Below, in pieces: positions 19,754-30,340 of a stretch of 64,000 nt of DNA (within the stretch, counting starts at the first letter, position 1; the number at the start of each line of letters is the position of its first letter). A program made the translations under genes and the position numbers. This stretch comes from an uncultured Verrucomicrobiae bacterium (GTDB lineage: Bacteria > Verrucomicrobiota > Verrucomicrobiia > Chthoniobacterales > JAFAMB01). The DNA lies in assembly GCA_963762565.1 (NCBI GenBank), contig CAVXLD010000004.1, positions 1 through 64,000 on the forward strand, in the 5' to 3' direction. Under the pieces are notes generated by a model. It was given only the letters and a program-made list of their open reading frames with translations, made no database searches and was not told where the DNA came from.

Positions 19754-20971
19754 TCACATCCCTTTCTTTTTTCCCCGGGGCTTTGCCTCGCCTTCTTTCG
19801 CATCCTCCAAATCCGCGGCTGCTTGCTTTCTCAAACGCTTGAGACGCCGGCCAAGAAAACGGCGTACTTCGGATAGAGGCAATCCGTCGACGAAGTAAGA
19901 GGTGGCCGCCCTGCCTATTCCATAGGTACCTGCGGCGGCGATCCCCCCGGAGATGGCATTCCCCCAGCCAGGTAATACTTTGACGGCGGCGCGGGCGCCT
20001 TCGCGAAAAACCATACCAACGCCAATATTCATTCCCAACGCTCCCACGAACTCAGCGGCAGCTCGTAGACTGAACTCGCGACCGCCGATGTGCATAACGC
20101 CGGCTACCATCGCGAACTGCAGCGTTGTTAAGATCGGAAAATCCGCCAAAGGGATCGGCTGTGCACCCACAGCGGCAGAGATCGCCGTTACGGACCGAAC
20201 CAAACGCATAGATAACTCTGTCTGCAGCGCCTTAGCTCCGACCAAGCGCGCCATGTCAACTTGCGCTTCGTCCGGTAATTCCCGCGCCAATAAATCTCCT
20301 AGAAGGCGAATGTTTCGCCTGTCGTCGCGCTCCGGATCAAGACTACCGTCTTGGCGAAACCGGACAAAAGACGATACCGCCACAGCGCGGACAAAGTGAG
20401 ACGCTATTACACCTTGGCTGCTGAGCCAGGACCGCAGCTCAAGGCGACGTTTGTCCACCGTTTCCTGAGGGATGGTCGCCGGGAAATCAATGACGCCGAT
20501 CAGCGGGACTTTGCGATCGTAACGCTCACGAACGAAGTCCAACACCCTGACAGTCTGTTCAGTCACAGCGCCGAGATTCCCCGGGTTACTTCCATCGACC
20601 AAAAATAGGCAAAGGTCCGGGGCTTCCTCCGCAAGAACATTCGTGAGATCAGCCCAAGCGCGGCTGTCTTGATTTAAGCGGCGCGCGTCTAGTGCGCGGA
20701 ATCCGCCTTTTCCTTTCTGTTCGTAGCTGACCCACCCAGAACTCTGGTTGGGATCGATCAATTTGAGCTCAGAGCCGAGAAGCGCCGACAGAAGGGCCGA
20801 AGCATTGGCGGGTGCTTGGCCAAGTAACGCAATGCGAGCTGGACGTTGAGCGATGAAGATCTGCTTAATCGGCCGCAATTCGTTCAGCACCGCACTTTGT
20901 AGCGGCCCGGGAAGGCGGCTGACCAAACTTTCGATCTTCTCGTAGATATTAAGCAACAACTGCTGGTTCAT
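19754..20971 (-). CDS. DUF697/YcjF-like protein with a degenerate N-terminal GTPase-like domain
   Basis: AQPIPLADFPILTTLQFAMV motif; ATG at 20971 (the upstream extension is repeat-derived). Confidence 0.7.
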   Translation of the reverse strand: MNQQLLLNIYEKIESLVSRLPGPLQSAVLNELRPIKQIFIAQRPARIALLGQAPANASALLSALLGSELKLIDPNQSSGWVSYEQKGKGGFRALDARRLNQDSRAWADLTNVLAEEAPDLCLFLVDGSNPGNLGAVTEQTVRVLDFVRERYDRKVPLIGVIDFPATIPQETVDKRRLELRSWLSSQGVIASHFVRAVAVSSFVRFRQDGSLDPERDDRRNIRLLGDLLARELPDEAQVDMARLVGAKALQTELSMRLVRSVTAISAAVGAQPIPLADFPILTTLQFAMVAGVMHIGGREFSLRAAAEFVGALGMNIGVGMVFREGARAAVKVLPGWGNAISGGIAAAGTYGIGRAATSYFVDGLPLSEVRRFLGRRLKRLRKQAAADLEDAKEGEAKPRGKKKGM

Positions 20972-20975
20972 GGGA

Positions 20976-21061
20976 GCGCTTCGTTCTCGTCCTCGTCGTC
21001 GTCCTCGTCCTCGGTTCCGGCAACGCGGAGTGTTGGAGTGTCGGAGTTTTGGAGTACTGCG
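20976..21061. repeat. Hexamer (CTCGTN) + octamer (GGAGTNNT) composite repeat, intergenic copy
   Basis: Matches 18724-18809. Confidence 0.9.
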
Positions 21062-21168
21062 CCAAGTTGGAATTGCACCCCGCAACCACGCGGTTGGGGC
21101 TGCTGAATGGATGGCAGAAGTTGTATCCTTGTGCCATACCTGCGAGCGATCAGTAAATCAGGTGGGCC

Positions 21169-21245
21169 GCCCCTGCAGGGCGGTCTTGGGATATGGCACA
21201 CCCAGGGCTAAAGCCCTGGGCTATTCTGTATCGCCATTTCATGGC
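21169..21245. repeat. Three-hairpin REP-like element
   Basis: Hairpins ccctgcaggg, cccagggctaaagccctggg and gccatttcatggc. Confidence 0.6.
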
Positions 21246-21344
21246 TGTTGGCCGCACCACGATCACAGCCCAGGTTCCCAATCACTGCCTTGTTCGTTAC
21301 CGCGTTCCCGCTCGATCGCGCTCGTTCTCGCTCGCTGCTAAGTG

Positions 21345-21836
21345 TTACGCCGCTGCTTGTTCCAATAGCACCTTGGCTAGCAGGGTCACGTGTTCAGCCG
21401 GCTTTACCTTCTTCAAAATATTTACGATTCGGAGGTTCGGGCCGATCACAAACGTGGTCCTTTCGGTTCCGAAATATTTCTTTCCGTACATGCTCTTTTC
21501 GACCCAAACGCCATAGCTCTGAACCATGTTTTTATCCGGATCGCTCAGCAGAGGGAACGGGAGTCCATGTTTTTTGATGAACTTCTCATGACTCGCTGCG
21601 GTGTCGACGCTGACGCCAAAAAGCTCCGCCCGGGATTGAATTTCACCCCAAGTATCCCGAAGATCGCACGCCTGGCGCGTGCACCCCGGCGTATCGTCCT
21701 TCGGATAAAAGTAAAGAACCAGCGTCGATCCTTTGAAATCGTTCAACTTTACCGGTTGTCCGGCTCCATAAATGCCCCCGACCGCAGTTGATTGAAAGGT
21801 CGGGGCAGGATCACCAATTTTCAGCTCCATATTCAC
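21345..21836 (-). CDS. bcp: Thioredoxin-dependent peroxiredoxin (BCP/PrxQ)
   Basis: YFYPKDDTPGCTRQAC motif. Confidence 0.93.
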   Translation of the reverse strand: MNMELKIGDPAPTFQSTAVGGIYGAGQPVKLNDFKGSTLVLYFYPKDDTPGCTRQACDLRDTWGEIQSRAELFGVSVDTAASHEKFIKKHGLPFPLLSDPDKNMVQSYGVWVEKSMYGKKYFGTERTTFVIGPNLRIVNILKKVKPAEHVTLLAKVLLEQAAA

Positions 21837-21857
21837 AGAAATGAGTGGCGAAAGCTC

Positions 21858-23051
21858 TCACGCCTCCGCGGCCTGCGCAATCCACTTCACCGCACCTTCC
21901 CCGGCAATTTTGCCGGTCGCGTAGCAGCCCTGGAGTAGATATCCTCCCGTCGGCGCATCCCAGTCAATCATCTCTCCAGCGCAGAAAACACCTGGGATTC
22001 GCCGAAGCATCAGATAATCGTCGAGCTCGTTCCAGTCGACGCCTCCGGCCGAAGAGATGGCTTCGCCAATCGGGCGAGGTTGTTTTAATCGAAGGTTGCA
22101 GCGGCGGACCGCCGCCAGCAATGAGTTAACGTCTGACGGCTTCATTGTCTCATCGATCAAAGCCATCGCGGCGGGGCTCAAACGCCAGTACTTAGAAGCG
22201 GCGTCCTGCAAGCTATAACCATTCCGCCACTTTTTCTGGAGCTCTTCATCTGTCAGATCGGGTTTAAAGTCGATTTCAATCGAAGAATCCGTTTTTAGCC
22301 AGCGACCCAGTTGGTATAGAGCTCCGCCTTCTAACCCATACTTCGTGATCAGGAGCTCTCCTCTAACCCTCTGCCCAGCGCAGGTCACCGCTAGATTTTT
22401 GAGAGGCTTACCCTCTGCCACACGCAAGAATTCCGGAGACCAATCGTATTCCCAGCCGACATTGGAAGGGGAAAACGGGTTGATGTGGACCCCCATGTTG
22501 GCGAATTGCTGGGTCCATTGGCCGTCGGAGCCGGTTTGGGGCCATGAAGCTCCGCCAAGTCCAAAAACTACCGCTGAGGCGTTCACGGGCGAGAACTCTT
22601 GTCCCTTTTGAAACACAACTTCAAGGGAGCGACCGTTCGCAGAAAGTTGGTGGAATTTATAGCCTAAGCGGATGTCGCATCCCAGCTCGTAGAGCCGCTC
22701 CAGCCAACGTTCCAGAATCTCAGGAGCGCGCATAGCGCGCGGAAATACGCGGCCACTCGTCCCGACATAGGTCGGTACACCTAACTCCTCGAACCAGTTC
22801 TTGAGCCGAGGAGGCGGAAACCGCTGCAACATCGCGGCCCAACGTTTCGGATTGTCATAGCGCGATGCGAACAGGTCGAGCTCTTCCGAGTGCGTAATAT
22901 TAAGGCCTCCGCGACCTGCCACCAGGAACTTTCGGCCAAGCGACGGTTTGTGATCAAAAATCCAGACACTAATACCGGCAATCCCCAGGGACTCGGCTGC
23001 CCATAATCCCGCCGGCCCCGCTCCAATCACCACCGCGCCGTCGAATTTCAC
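21858..23051 (-). CDS. HI0933/BaiN-like flavoprotein (TIGR03862-type)
   Basis: GAGPAG, GRKFLVAGRGGLNITHSE and AGEMIDWDAPTGGYLLQ motifs. Confidence 0.9.
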   Translation of the reverse strand: MKFDGAVVIGAGPAGLWAAESLGIAGISVWIFDHKPSLGRKFLVAGRGGLNITHSEELDLFASRYDNPKRWAAMLQRFPPPRLKNWFEELGVPTYVGTSGRVFPRAMRAPEILERWLERLYELGCDIRLGYKFHQLSANGRSLEVVFQKGQEFSPVNASAVVFGLGGASWPQTGSDGQWTQQFANMGVHINPFSPSNVGWEYDWSPEFLRVAEGKPLKNLAVTCAGQRVRGELLITKYGLEGGALYQLGRWLKTDSSIEIDFKPDLTDEELQKKWRNGYSLQDAASKYWRLSPAAMALIDETMKPSDVNSLLAAVRRCNLRLKQPRPIGEAISSAGGVDWNELDDYLMLRRIPGVFCAGEMIDWDAPTGGYLLQGCYATGKIAGEGAVKWIAQAAEA

Positions 23052-23989
23052 TTAAGTTCAAGCATCCGCAGAATCGGTTGCTCGGCTCGCTTTCTAATAG
23101 CTTCCGGAAGCATGATCTCGGGTTGAAGCGTATCCAACGCATCCCGCAGTTTTTCCAGGGTGTTGCGTTTCATGAACCGGCAATCGGCGCACGAACACTG
23201 GTCAGTCGGCCCCGGGATAAATTCCTTATTCGGCAATTCCTTCCTCAGCCGATGTAACATCCCGGATTCGGTCACAATAATGAAGGCTTCCGCCGGCGAA
23301 TTCCGGCAGTAGCTCACCATTTTTTCAGTCGAACAAACTTCGTCCGCCAGCATCCGCACCGCATAGGTGCATTCGGGATGAGCGACAACCGGCGCATCCG
23401 GATACACGTCCCGAATCTTCTGAATACTGTTCTGGGTAAACTCAACATGGACGTAACAAGCCCCCCGCCAAAGATCCATCTTTCTGCCTGTTTGTTCCAT
23501 CACCCAGGAACCTAAGTTCTGGTCTGGAACAAAGAGAATATTTCGGTCGGTGGGCGCATTTTGTACCACTTTGACCGCGTTACCGCTGGTACAGATGATG
23601 TCAGATAAGGCCTTAACGCCGGCGCTACAATTGATATAGGCAATCACGTAGTAATTCTTCGCCGCGTGCTTACCTAGAAAATCGGCCAGTTGGTCAGCCG
23701 GACATGAGTCGGCAAGCGAACAACCTGCCTCCAGGTCTGGTAGAATGACTGTGCGGCTGGGATTAACGATTTTGGCGGTCTCGGCCATGAAATGGACGCC
23801 GCAGAAAACAATGACATCTGCGTCAGTCTCTTTCGCTCGATAGCTGAGGCCCAGAGAATCCCCGACAAAATCCGCAACATCTTGGATTTCGGGCACTTGA
23901 TAGTTATGCGCGAGGATAACTGCGTTACGTTCGACCTTCAGACGCCGAACCTCACTCGCAAGGTCGTACCCTTCCTTTAGAGCAACCAT
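23048..23989 (-). CDS. nadA: Quinolinate synthase
   Basis: ILAHNYQ, FCGVHFMAETAK, GCSLAD, HPEC and CRFMK motifs. Confidence 0.96.
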   Translation of the reverse strand: MVALKEGYDLASEVRRLKVERNAVILAHNYQVPEIQDVADFVGDSLGLSYRAKETDADVIVFCGVHFMAETAKIVNPSRTVILPDLEAGCSLADSCPADQLADFLGKHAAKNYYVIAYINCSAGVKALSDIICTSGNAVKVVQNAPTDRNILFVPDQNLGSWVMEQTGRKMDLWRGACYVHVEFTQNSIQKIRDVYPDAPVVAHPECTYAVRMLADEVCSTEKMVSYCRNSPAEAFIIVTESGMLHRLRKELPNKEFIPGPTDQCSCADCRFMKRNTLEKLRDALDTLQPEIMLPEAIRKRAEQPILRMLELK

Positions 23990-24111
23990 TTGTATAAATA
24001 ATTATGGGTTCTGAATCTTTCGGATTCAATCTTGTTTTTTTACTTGCGCTTTCGGAAAGCGGATAACCAGCCTGGATCGTTATCCAGCGTCTGCCGAATA
24101 GGGGAGTCAGG

Positions 24112-25287
24112 CTAGGGCAATAACAACACCTCTACGGTTTGTTGTTCCGGAATTTGTTGTCCGGCGCCCACTCGTACCAGGGCGTTTGCTCGCGACAGGG
24201 CGAACAGCGCATGAGACTCCTGGTTTTCGAAAGGCATGAACCGGCCTGCCTCGAGGCAGCCTCGCAGATAATGTGGACGCTCCCCCTTGTTGGTCACAGC
24301 CTTGGACAGGATGGCTTGGGTCTTAGTCAGCGAGGCGCCTCGCCAACCTTGCATCGCGAGAAGAGCAGGTCGCACGAACAACAAAAACGTCACAAAGGCG
24401 GAGACCGGATTACCCGGCAACCCAAACACCCATCTTTTGTTCAATCGACCAAACAAAAAAGGCTTCCCCGGTCGGACCGCCACGCGCCAGAGCTCGATAT
24501 CGCATCCCAGTTTCTTAAGGGTCGATTTTACTAAGTCTCGCTCTCCCACTGAAACGCCGCCGGCGATCACAATTACATCGTCGGACGCTGCCTCCCCGAA
24601 GGCCCGGAGATGTTCATCTTCCTCGTCTGGCACCGGATCGAATAGAAGGGGTATCCCCCCAGCGTTGCGGATCAACTCCTGTAACATCACCCGATTGGTC
24701 TCGTAAATCTCACCCGGCCCAAGCGGTTCTCCCGGGCTCTTCAATTCGCTGCCAGTCGCCAGAATCGCCACTTTCGGCTGACGAAAGACGCGGATTCGAT
24801 CGATCCCTTGAGAAGCAAGAGTCGCAAGCAACGGTCCGTTTAGACGAGCGCCGGCATCCGTAATCTTCTGTCCTTCACAAAGATCTCCCCCGCGCAGTCG
24901 AATAAATTCTCCAGGGGCTACCGATTCCCTAATTGTCAGAAGGTCCCCTTTCCGATCGCAGTCTTCTTGCATTACGACTGCGTTTGCGCCGGTCGGAATT
25001 GGGGCTCCGGTATACACGCGCACAGCAGTCCCTATCTCTACTTTCAGACCCTGGTCGGGACCGGCCGGTTGCTCACCGGTAACGCGCAGCACGGCTCCGG
25101 CTACAGCGTCAACAGCCCGGACTGCATAACCGTCCATCGACGAGTTGTCGAACCGCGGTAGACTGATTCGAGCTGAGACCGTTTCGGCCAAAACGCGATC
25201 GCCAGCCTCGAACAACCGCAGTTCTTCTGTCTCCAACGGCCGGACCGCCGCTAGAATTGCACTCAGCGCATCCTGTTCTGTAAGCAT
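24112..25287 (-). CDS. moeA: Molybdopterin molybdotransferase
   Basis: SSMDGYA, TGAPIP, GGVSVG and GLPGNPVS motifs. Confidence 0.95.
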   Translation of the reverse strand: MLTEQDALSAILAAVRPLETEELRLFEAGDRVLAETVSARISLPRFDNSSMDGYAVRAVDAVAGAVLRVTGEQPAGPDQGLKVEIGTAVRVYTGAPIPTGANAVVMQEDCDRKGDLLTIRESVAPGEFIRLRGGDLCEGQKITDAGARLNGPLLATLASQGIDRIRVFRQPKVAILATGSELKSPGEPLGPGEIYETNRVMLQELIRNAGGIPLLFDPVPDEEDEHLRAFGEAASDDVIVIAGGVSVGERDLVKSTLKKLGCDIELWRVAVRPGKPFLFGRLNKRWVFGLPGNPVSAFVTFLLFVRPALLAMQGWRGASLTKTQAILSKAVTNKGERPHYLRGCLEAGRFMPFENQESHALFALSRANALVRVGAGQQIPEQQTVEVLLLP

Positions 25288-25343
25288 GGAGTCAGCGCAA
25301 CAATGTCAACGATGTTATCGGTCGAGGCAAACGGCGCAGGATT

Positions 25344-25735
25344 GGTAGGGCGAGGCTCCTGAAACGACCTGAACCCTTGACCACAGCGATGCCGCTTCCC
25401 GGCGCTCTTTGGTTTGCGAGGCCGATAACGCGTGGTAGGGCGAGGCTCCGGCAAGACCGAAACCCATTAAACAGAGCGATTTCACTTGTCGGCGCTCTTT
25501 CGTTTGCGAGGTCGACAGGCGTGCCGAGCCGTGACCCTTGGTGCGCCACGTCTCCTCTTCTGATTGCGGCAGGAATATCGCCTGGAAGAGATCCTTAGTG
25601 CTGCCACACCAGGGCCCGGCTCGGCGGGCGGCTTGGTGTTTTTAGCGGTAGAGCGGCGGGACCTTTAATCCGTTGCTCGAATCGTTCAGCTGGTTCGGGA
25701 GCCTCGCCCTACCCGTAAATCTACGATTTACTGCG
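25344..25735 (+). repeat. Family A: truncated arm (25344-25433) followed directly by a complete element (25434-25713) and a conserved 21-nt tail
   Basis: Terminal inverted repeats, inner gccgagcc/ggctcggc, and a tail identical to 42320-42340. Confidence 0.9.
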
Positions 25736-26711
25736 GGACCGGCCGCACGGGCTGGTTGTACTGGTCGTGCGAGCGATTGTCGTCGTCGTCATCGTCGTCA
25801 TCTTTAGTCCGTGGCGGACTGATTGTATCCTGACCAGTGAATTTTTTCTGAATCCAACCGCCGGCTCTCAGGAATGGTCGCTCGACGCGATTGACAACGT
25901 TGCGACCGAAGTTCCCGGCGCGGTCGGTAACGGAGCCAGACTGTTGACCAGATTGACTGGAATCTTCCGAGTAATTCTGTTCCTGCTGCTGCTCCTGCGC
26001 GTAGCGCGGCGGCGTTTGCCTCTCCGGCGTCGCCTTTGCCGCCGGCGTTACTTCTTCGTCTTGAGTATGGCGAGCCGACGTTTGTGATTCCGGGCTAGTG
26101 TGTGATTCCTGGCTATTTAGAAAACGTTCATCTGAGTTTTCCGCTTTTCGTTGCTGCGCCAGCAAATTGGGAGTGTCGGGACCCCAGGACGAACTCACCG
26201 TAGTCCCAGAATCAGCGTTGATCTTCATTGCGCCGACTCGTTGATCCTTGGCATCGGTCATTTGGATAGTCCAGCCAGGTTTACCGCTGTCCCGGTCGGC
26301 GGCTAACTGAAATTGTACCTTAGAAAATTCAATCCCCTTCGCTTTCGCTTCTTGAGTCGCTACTTGGTAAGCGCCGTCCGAATCGAGATTAAGGCGGGCC
26401 AAATCCATATCTTTGCCGCCAGCCCATTCCGACTTTACCGGTGTTCGTTCGGAAGTAATTTGGTCGCCCGAAACCTCTAGTTCACGCACTCCACCGCGGG
26501 CAGCTGGATCATCAATCCAAACTCTCCAACGGGATGGTTGAGTGTTCGATCCTTCGCCCGAGATGGCCAAAACTTGTCTCAGCACTTTTTCTCCGCGGCT
26601 TGAACCGACAGTTCGCAGAGCCGCATAAGCGGTGACCTGAGCATGACCAATTCCAGCAAATAAAATGACTGATGCACAAACTAACCGCCAGCTACGCATA
26701 ACAACCGGCAT
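25728..26711 (-). CDS. Hypothetical secreted protein (PepSY-like N-terminal half, low-complexity tail)
   Basis: Signal peptide, LNLDSDGA motif, Q/S/D-rich C-terminus. Confidence 0.75.
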   Translation of the reverse strand: MPVVMRSWRLVCASVILFAGIGHAQVTAYAALRTVGSSRGEKVLRQVLAISGEGSNTQPSRWRVWIDDPAARGGVRELEVSGDQITSERTPVKSEWAGGKDMDLARLNLDSDGAYQVATQEAKAKGIEFSKVQFQLAADRDSGKPGWTIQMTDAKDQRVGAMKINADSGTTVSSSWGPDTPNLLAQQRKAENSDERFLNSQESHTSPESQTSARHTQDEEVTPAAKATPERQTPPRYAQEQQQEQNYSEDSSQSGQQSGSVTDRAGNFGRNVVNRVERPFLRAGGWIQKKFTGQDTISPPRTKDDDDDDDDNRSHDQYNQPVRPVPQ

Positions 26712-26784
26712 GTTATACGCTCCACCGGTGGGGATTGCAACACTTTATCGCGTTTGTTGTGAATAGTGGGCAGCGTTGGGGCAT

Positions 26785-26987
26785 CCTGGAGGGGAGCCGC
26801 TTTGCAGGTTAGCAGCTCTGTCAGTCTGCAGCAGGCGGCTCCCGGGAACGGCCCCTGAGTTGTCTTGTTCCTGCGCGAGATCTTTCGGATGTTTACGATG
26901 GAACAAAACCACGCGATAGATAATTCTCGGGAGCCGCCTGCTAGATACCTATAGAGCTGCCGGCATACAAAGCGGCTCCCCTCCAGG
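26785..26987. repeat. Family B REP doublet
   Basis: Same arms and 34-nt loops as 17386-17591. Confidence 0.88.
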
Positions 26988-27152
26988 CGACGGCGGCGCT
27001 TCTAACCTGCAGACCAAATTCGCGCCCCGGCTCGGAGACTGCATCTGGCTTGTAGACTGCCCTATCAATACTTCGATATGTCCAACACTCCGTTACCCGG
27101 CATTTTCCCATCCTTTCGTTTCCTCCCGATCCCGTGATATAATCGCGTGCGC

Positions 27153-28427
27153 ATGACGGCGACCGTCGACGAGCTTGAGCGTTCGGTGAACATCTACCGC
27201 GGTTTGGTGGAGGTAAGCGCACTGATTAATTCGATCACGGATTTCAACGAATTGTTGTCAGCGATTCTGGATGTCGCAGGTCGGGTCATGCACGCCGAAG
27301 CCAGTTCTCTTTTTCTTATCAATGAATCGACCGGCGACCTGGAGCTTGTGATCGCTCGCGGACCGGTCGAGGCCGCGCTATCTCATCCGATTAAAATCCC
27401 GCGAGGCAGGGGTATCGCCAGCTGGGTCCGAGAAAATCATCGCAGCGTTTTAGTTGTGGATGCATACAAAGACGCGCGCTTCTACCCGGAGCTCGACCGC
27501 AGCTCCGGTTTTGTAACCCGGTCAATCCTGTGCATCCCACTGTTTCAACAAGAGACGGAGATCGGCGTTTTGCAGGTCCTTAATCCATCTGATAAGCCGC
27601 ATTTCGATCGCCTCGATCTGGAGGCATTCGAGGCCTATGGAAACCTGGTCGCAACCGCGATCGCCAAAATGCGGGCCATCGAGCGGGAACGGGAACGTAA
27701 GCAACTAGAAAAAGATTTAGCGTTGGCGACGGAGATTCAGCATTCGTTTCTGCCAGATGTCCTGCCTTCAACAGAACTTCTGACGGTGGCTTCTCACTAT
27801 CGGCCGGCGCGCAATATCGCCGGCGATTTTTACGACGTATTTGAGCGCAGCGAAGGAGTGTTCTATTTCGTGGTCGGAGATGTTTCCGGAAAAGGAGTTT
27901 CCGCGGCTCTATTGATGGCTCAAGCGATTAGCATGCTTCGCCTTATCGTGCACCGGGGAATGTCCCCGACGGATGCGTTGGCGAAATGGAACAACCGGAT
28001 TTGCGATCGCACGATTCATGGAATGTTTATCACTGCCATCTTGGGAAGAATCTTTCCTGAAGAGCGTCTTATCGAGTTTGCTGTAGCCGGCCATTGCCCT
28101 CCCTGGCTGCGTTTCGAGGATGGTACCGTGGAAGAACCGCCTATCCTGGCCGCGCCGCCTTTGGGTATTATTCGAGATCAGACCTACGAATTGAATAAGA
28201 TCTATTTGTTGCCGCGATCACACGCGGTTTTTTACACGGACGGCCTGATCGAATCCTTTAATGCGGACCGAAAACCGATGTCCGCCGAACGGGTGAAAAA
28301 GGTCCTGGCTGAGTCAGGCACCGATTTGTTAAAGGTGGTTGCCGCTCTGGCACAGGCGGAAGCGGACTACCGCGGAGACGTTCCTCCCCACGATGACATG
28401 ACAGTTTTGGCTATCGGTTTGAAATGA
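27153..28427 (+). CDS. GAF + PP2C (SpoIIE/RsbU-like) phosphatase
   Basis: GAF domain, then AGDFYD, VGDVSGKGVSAA, YTDGL and DDMT motifs. Confidence 0.92.
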   Translation: MTATVDELERSVNIYRGLVEVSALINSITDFNELLSAILDVAGRVMHAEASSLFLINESTGDLELVIARGPVEAALSHPIKIPRGRGIASWVRENHRSVLVVDAYKDARFYPELDRSSGFVTRSILCIPLFQQETEIGVLQVLNPSDKPHFDRLDLEAFEAYGNLVATAIAKMRAIERERERKQLEKDLALATEIQHSFLPDVLPSTELLTVASHYRPARNIAGDFYDVFERSEGVFYFVVGDVSGKGVSAALLMAQAISMLRLIVHRGMSPTDALAKWNNRICDRTIHGMFITAILGRIFPEERLIEFAVAGHCPPWLRFEDGTVEEPPILAAPPLGIIRDQTYELNKIYLLPRSHAVFYTDGLIESFNADRKPMSAERVKKVLAESGTDLLKVVAALAQAEADYRGDVPPHDDMTVLAIGLK

Positions 28428-28813
28428 AGAAGCTCGAATTCGCCAGTCACCCGGCCAATTTGGGTCTCGTTCGTACTTGTGTCCGGCAATTTCTGCAAGA
28501 GCAAGGTTTTCCGCCGCCTCAGGTCGATCTCATGGTGCTCGGTGTCGACGAGGCGTGCACGAATATTATCCGGCATGCTTACCATTTGGCGGAAGACAAA
28601 CTGATCACCTTATCGCTGCAAACCTACTCTGGCGGCATACGGTTTCGGTTGAGAGATTTCGGTGACCAAGCCGAAGTGGGCCAAGGCCGGCCGCTCGATC
28701 ATGTGCGTCCAGGCGGTCTGGGGTTGCATTTGATCCGTCACGCGTTTGATCAAGTTGACTATCAGCGCAAGAGCCGGGGGACTACTCTCGTCCTGACAAA
28801 GTTCAAGCCTTAG
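28424..28813 (+). CDS. Anti-sigma factor / Ser-Thr kinase (RsbW-like)
   Basis: DEACTNIIRHAY and GGLGLHLI motifs; ATGA overlap with the phosphatase. Confidence 0.9.
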   Translation: MKKLEFASHPANLGLVRTCVRQFLQEQGFPPPQVDLMVLGVDEACTNIIRHAYHLAEDKLITLSLQTYSGGIRFRLRDFGDQAEVGQGRPLDHVRPGGLGLHLIRHAFDQVDYQRKSRGTTLVLTKFKP

Positions 28814-28843
28814 ATGGGGACTCAAACTAAGGCCGAACACATA

Positions 28844-29272
28844 AGACACGGAGAAAGACCAACCGCAGATGGATCCGCCTTCGCAAGCTTCGGCGCGACA
28901 GGCAGCAGATTGACGCAGATGAGAAAGGCCGGACGGGCGATACGTAGAGCGAAACACGCGTTCGATCGGGCAACGCTACCAAAAACAGGAATTGTCCGCA
29001 GATCACGCGTTGAGCTCTGATACGACCCCCCTAGAGAAACAAATCTTTCGTAGCCAGCACGTTCTGCTTTGCCTCGCGGTGCTGTTTAACCCGGGACGAA
29101 ATCTGCGTAATCTGCGTAATCTGCGGATAATTTCTCTCTGTTACACCGTGGCTCGGCCGAGCGAATGACCATGGTTCAAGCCTGTCTTCTCGCCCAATCT
29201 AAATCTGCATAAATCTGCGTTCATCTGCGGTTGGCCTTTTTCTTCGTTTACTCTGTGTCTTTGTGGTGAAAT
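28844..29272. repeat. Nested inverted nonamer tracts with a family C hairpin at 28874-28904
   Basis: ccaaccgcagat... / ...atctgcggttgg; inserted tccgccttcgcaagcttcggcgcgacaggca. Confidence 0.82.
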
Positions 29273-29287
29273 TTCTTCGTTAACAGA

Positions 29288-29986
29288 ATGCGTGTTGCTC
29301 AGAAAATCTCGAAATTGGTCGACGGAACCGCCTGGTTGAGCGCCAGCAATGCATATCACCGGTGGCGGCACCCGATAGATCCTCAGGACATCATCAAGGG
29401 AATTGATTCGGCGGGTTTCGCTAAAATCCGCGAGAAATTCTCGGTTCCGGGCGAACGGACCCATTGGCCTAAGTATTTAGATGCCGACCGTTGGCTTCCC
29501 CTTAACATCCGGCGGGCACAAGAGCTTCGGTTGAACGCTCGTCCTAATCCGTTGCGAATCTTAGATCTGGGCAGCGGAGCAGGCTATTTTCTTTTAGTCG
29601 CTCGACACTTAGGACACTCAGGCGTCGGCCTGGACATTCCTGAACCCCCCATGTACGCAGAGCTCTTCGAGCTGTTTGGGCTGAAGAGGATGGTTTGGGA
29701 GATCAATGCCTATGAACCGTTGCCCGATCTCGGTGAGCGATTCGATATGGTCACGGCTTTTTCAATCTGTTTCAACGCCCACAAACGCTCCGATCTCTGG
29801 ACCCGAAAGGAGTGGGCATTCTTTCTCGACGATTTGCAGAAGCGATTCCTCCGGCCAGGCGGAGAAATTTTCCTAGGGATGAATCCGGAAGAGGATGGGA
29901 GCTTTTATACAGCTGATTTGAAACAATTCTTTATCGAGCGTGGAGCTCAGATCGATCGGGCGAAGGTTTGGTTTAGGAGGGTTTAG
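29288..29986 (+). CDS. Class I SAM-dependent methyltransferase
   Basis: ILDLGSGAG, FDMVT and LRPGG motifs. Confidence 0.85.
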   Translation: MRVAQKISKLVDGTAWLSASNAYHRWRHPIDPQDIIKGIDSAGFAKIREKFSVPGERTHWPKYLDADRWLPLNIRRAQELRLNARPNPLRILDLGSGAGYFLLVARHLGHSGVGLDIPEPPMYAELFELFGLKRMVWEINAYEPLPDLGERFDMVTAFSICFNAHKRSDLWTRKEWAFFLDDLQKRFLRPGGEIFLGMNPEEDGSFYTADLKQFFIERGAQIDRAKVWFRRV

Positions 29987-30249
29987 CGTTTGGCGTTCGG
30001 CGTTCGGCGTTTGGCGTTTGGCGTTTGGCGTTTGGCGTTTGGCGCGTCGGCGCGTCGGCGTACGCGTTGGACGCTGCAAGCGGTGGCACCTTTAGGACTG
30101 ATAGGACTAATAAGATGACCCATAGGTCCCATAGGTCCTATACGTCCCATTCGGTCGCGACGCGGATTCCGGCATCCTGTGCCATCGTCCGGCTACGCCC
30201 ACAGGTGCTCACGCCGAACGCCAAACCCCGAACGCCAAATGCCAAACGT
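29981..30249. repeat. Inverted heptamer tracts (GGCGTTY / RAACGCC) enclosing octamer and CATAGGTCC-type nonamer tracts
   Basis: Visible tandem repeats that begin at the methyltransferase stop codon. Confidence 0.88.
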
Positions 30250-30340
30250 GCCTGAGCATTCTGCTTTACGAATGACCGTAAACCCTCTTTCTTAAAGGGG
30301 TAAGGGAGCCTACCCGAACATCTCGCGCCCTGTCTGAAAA

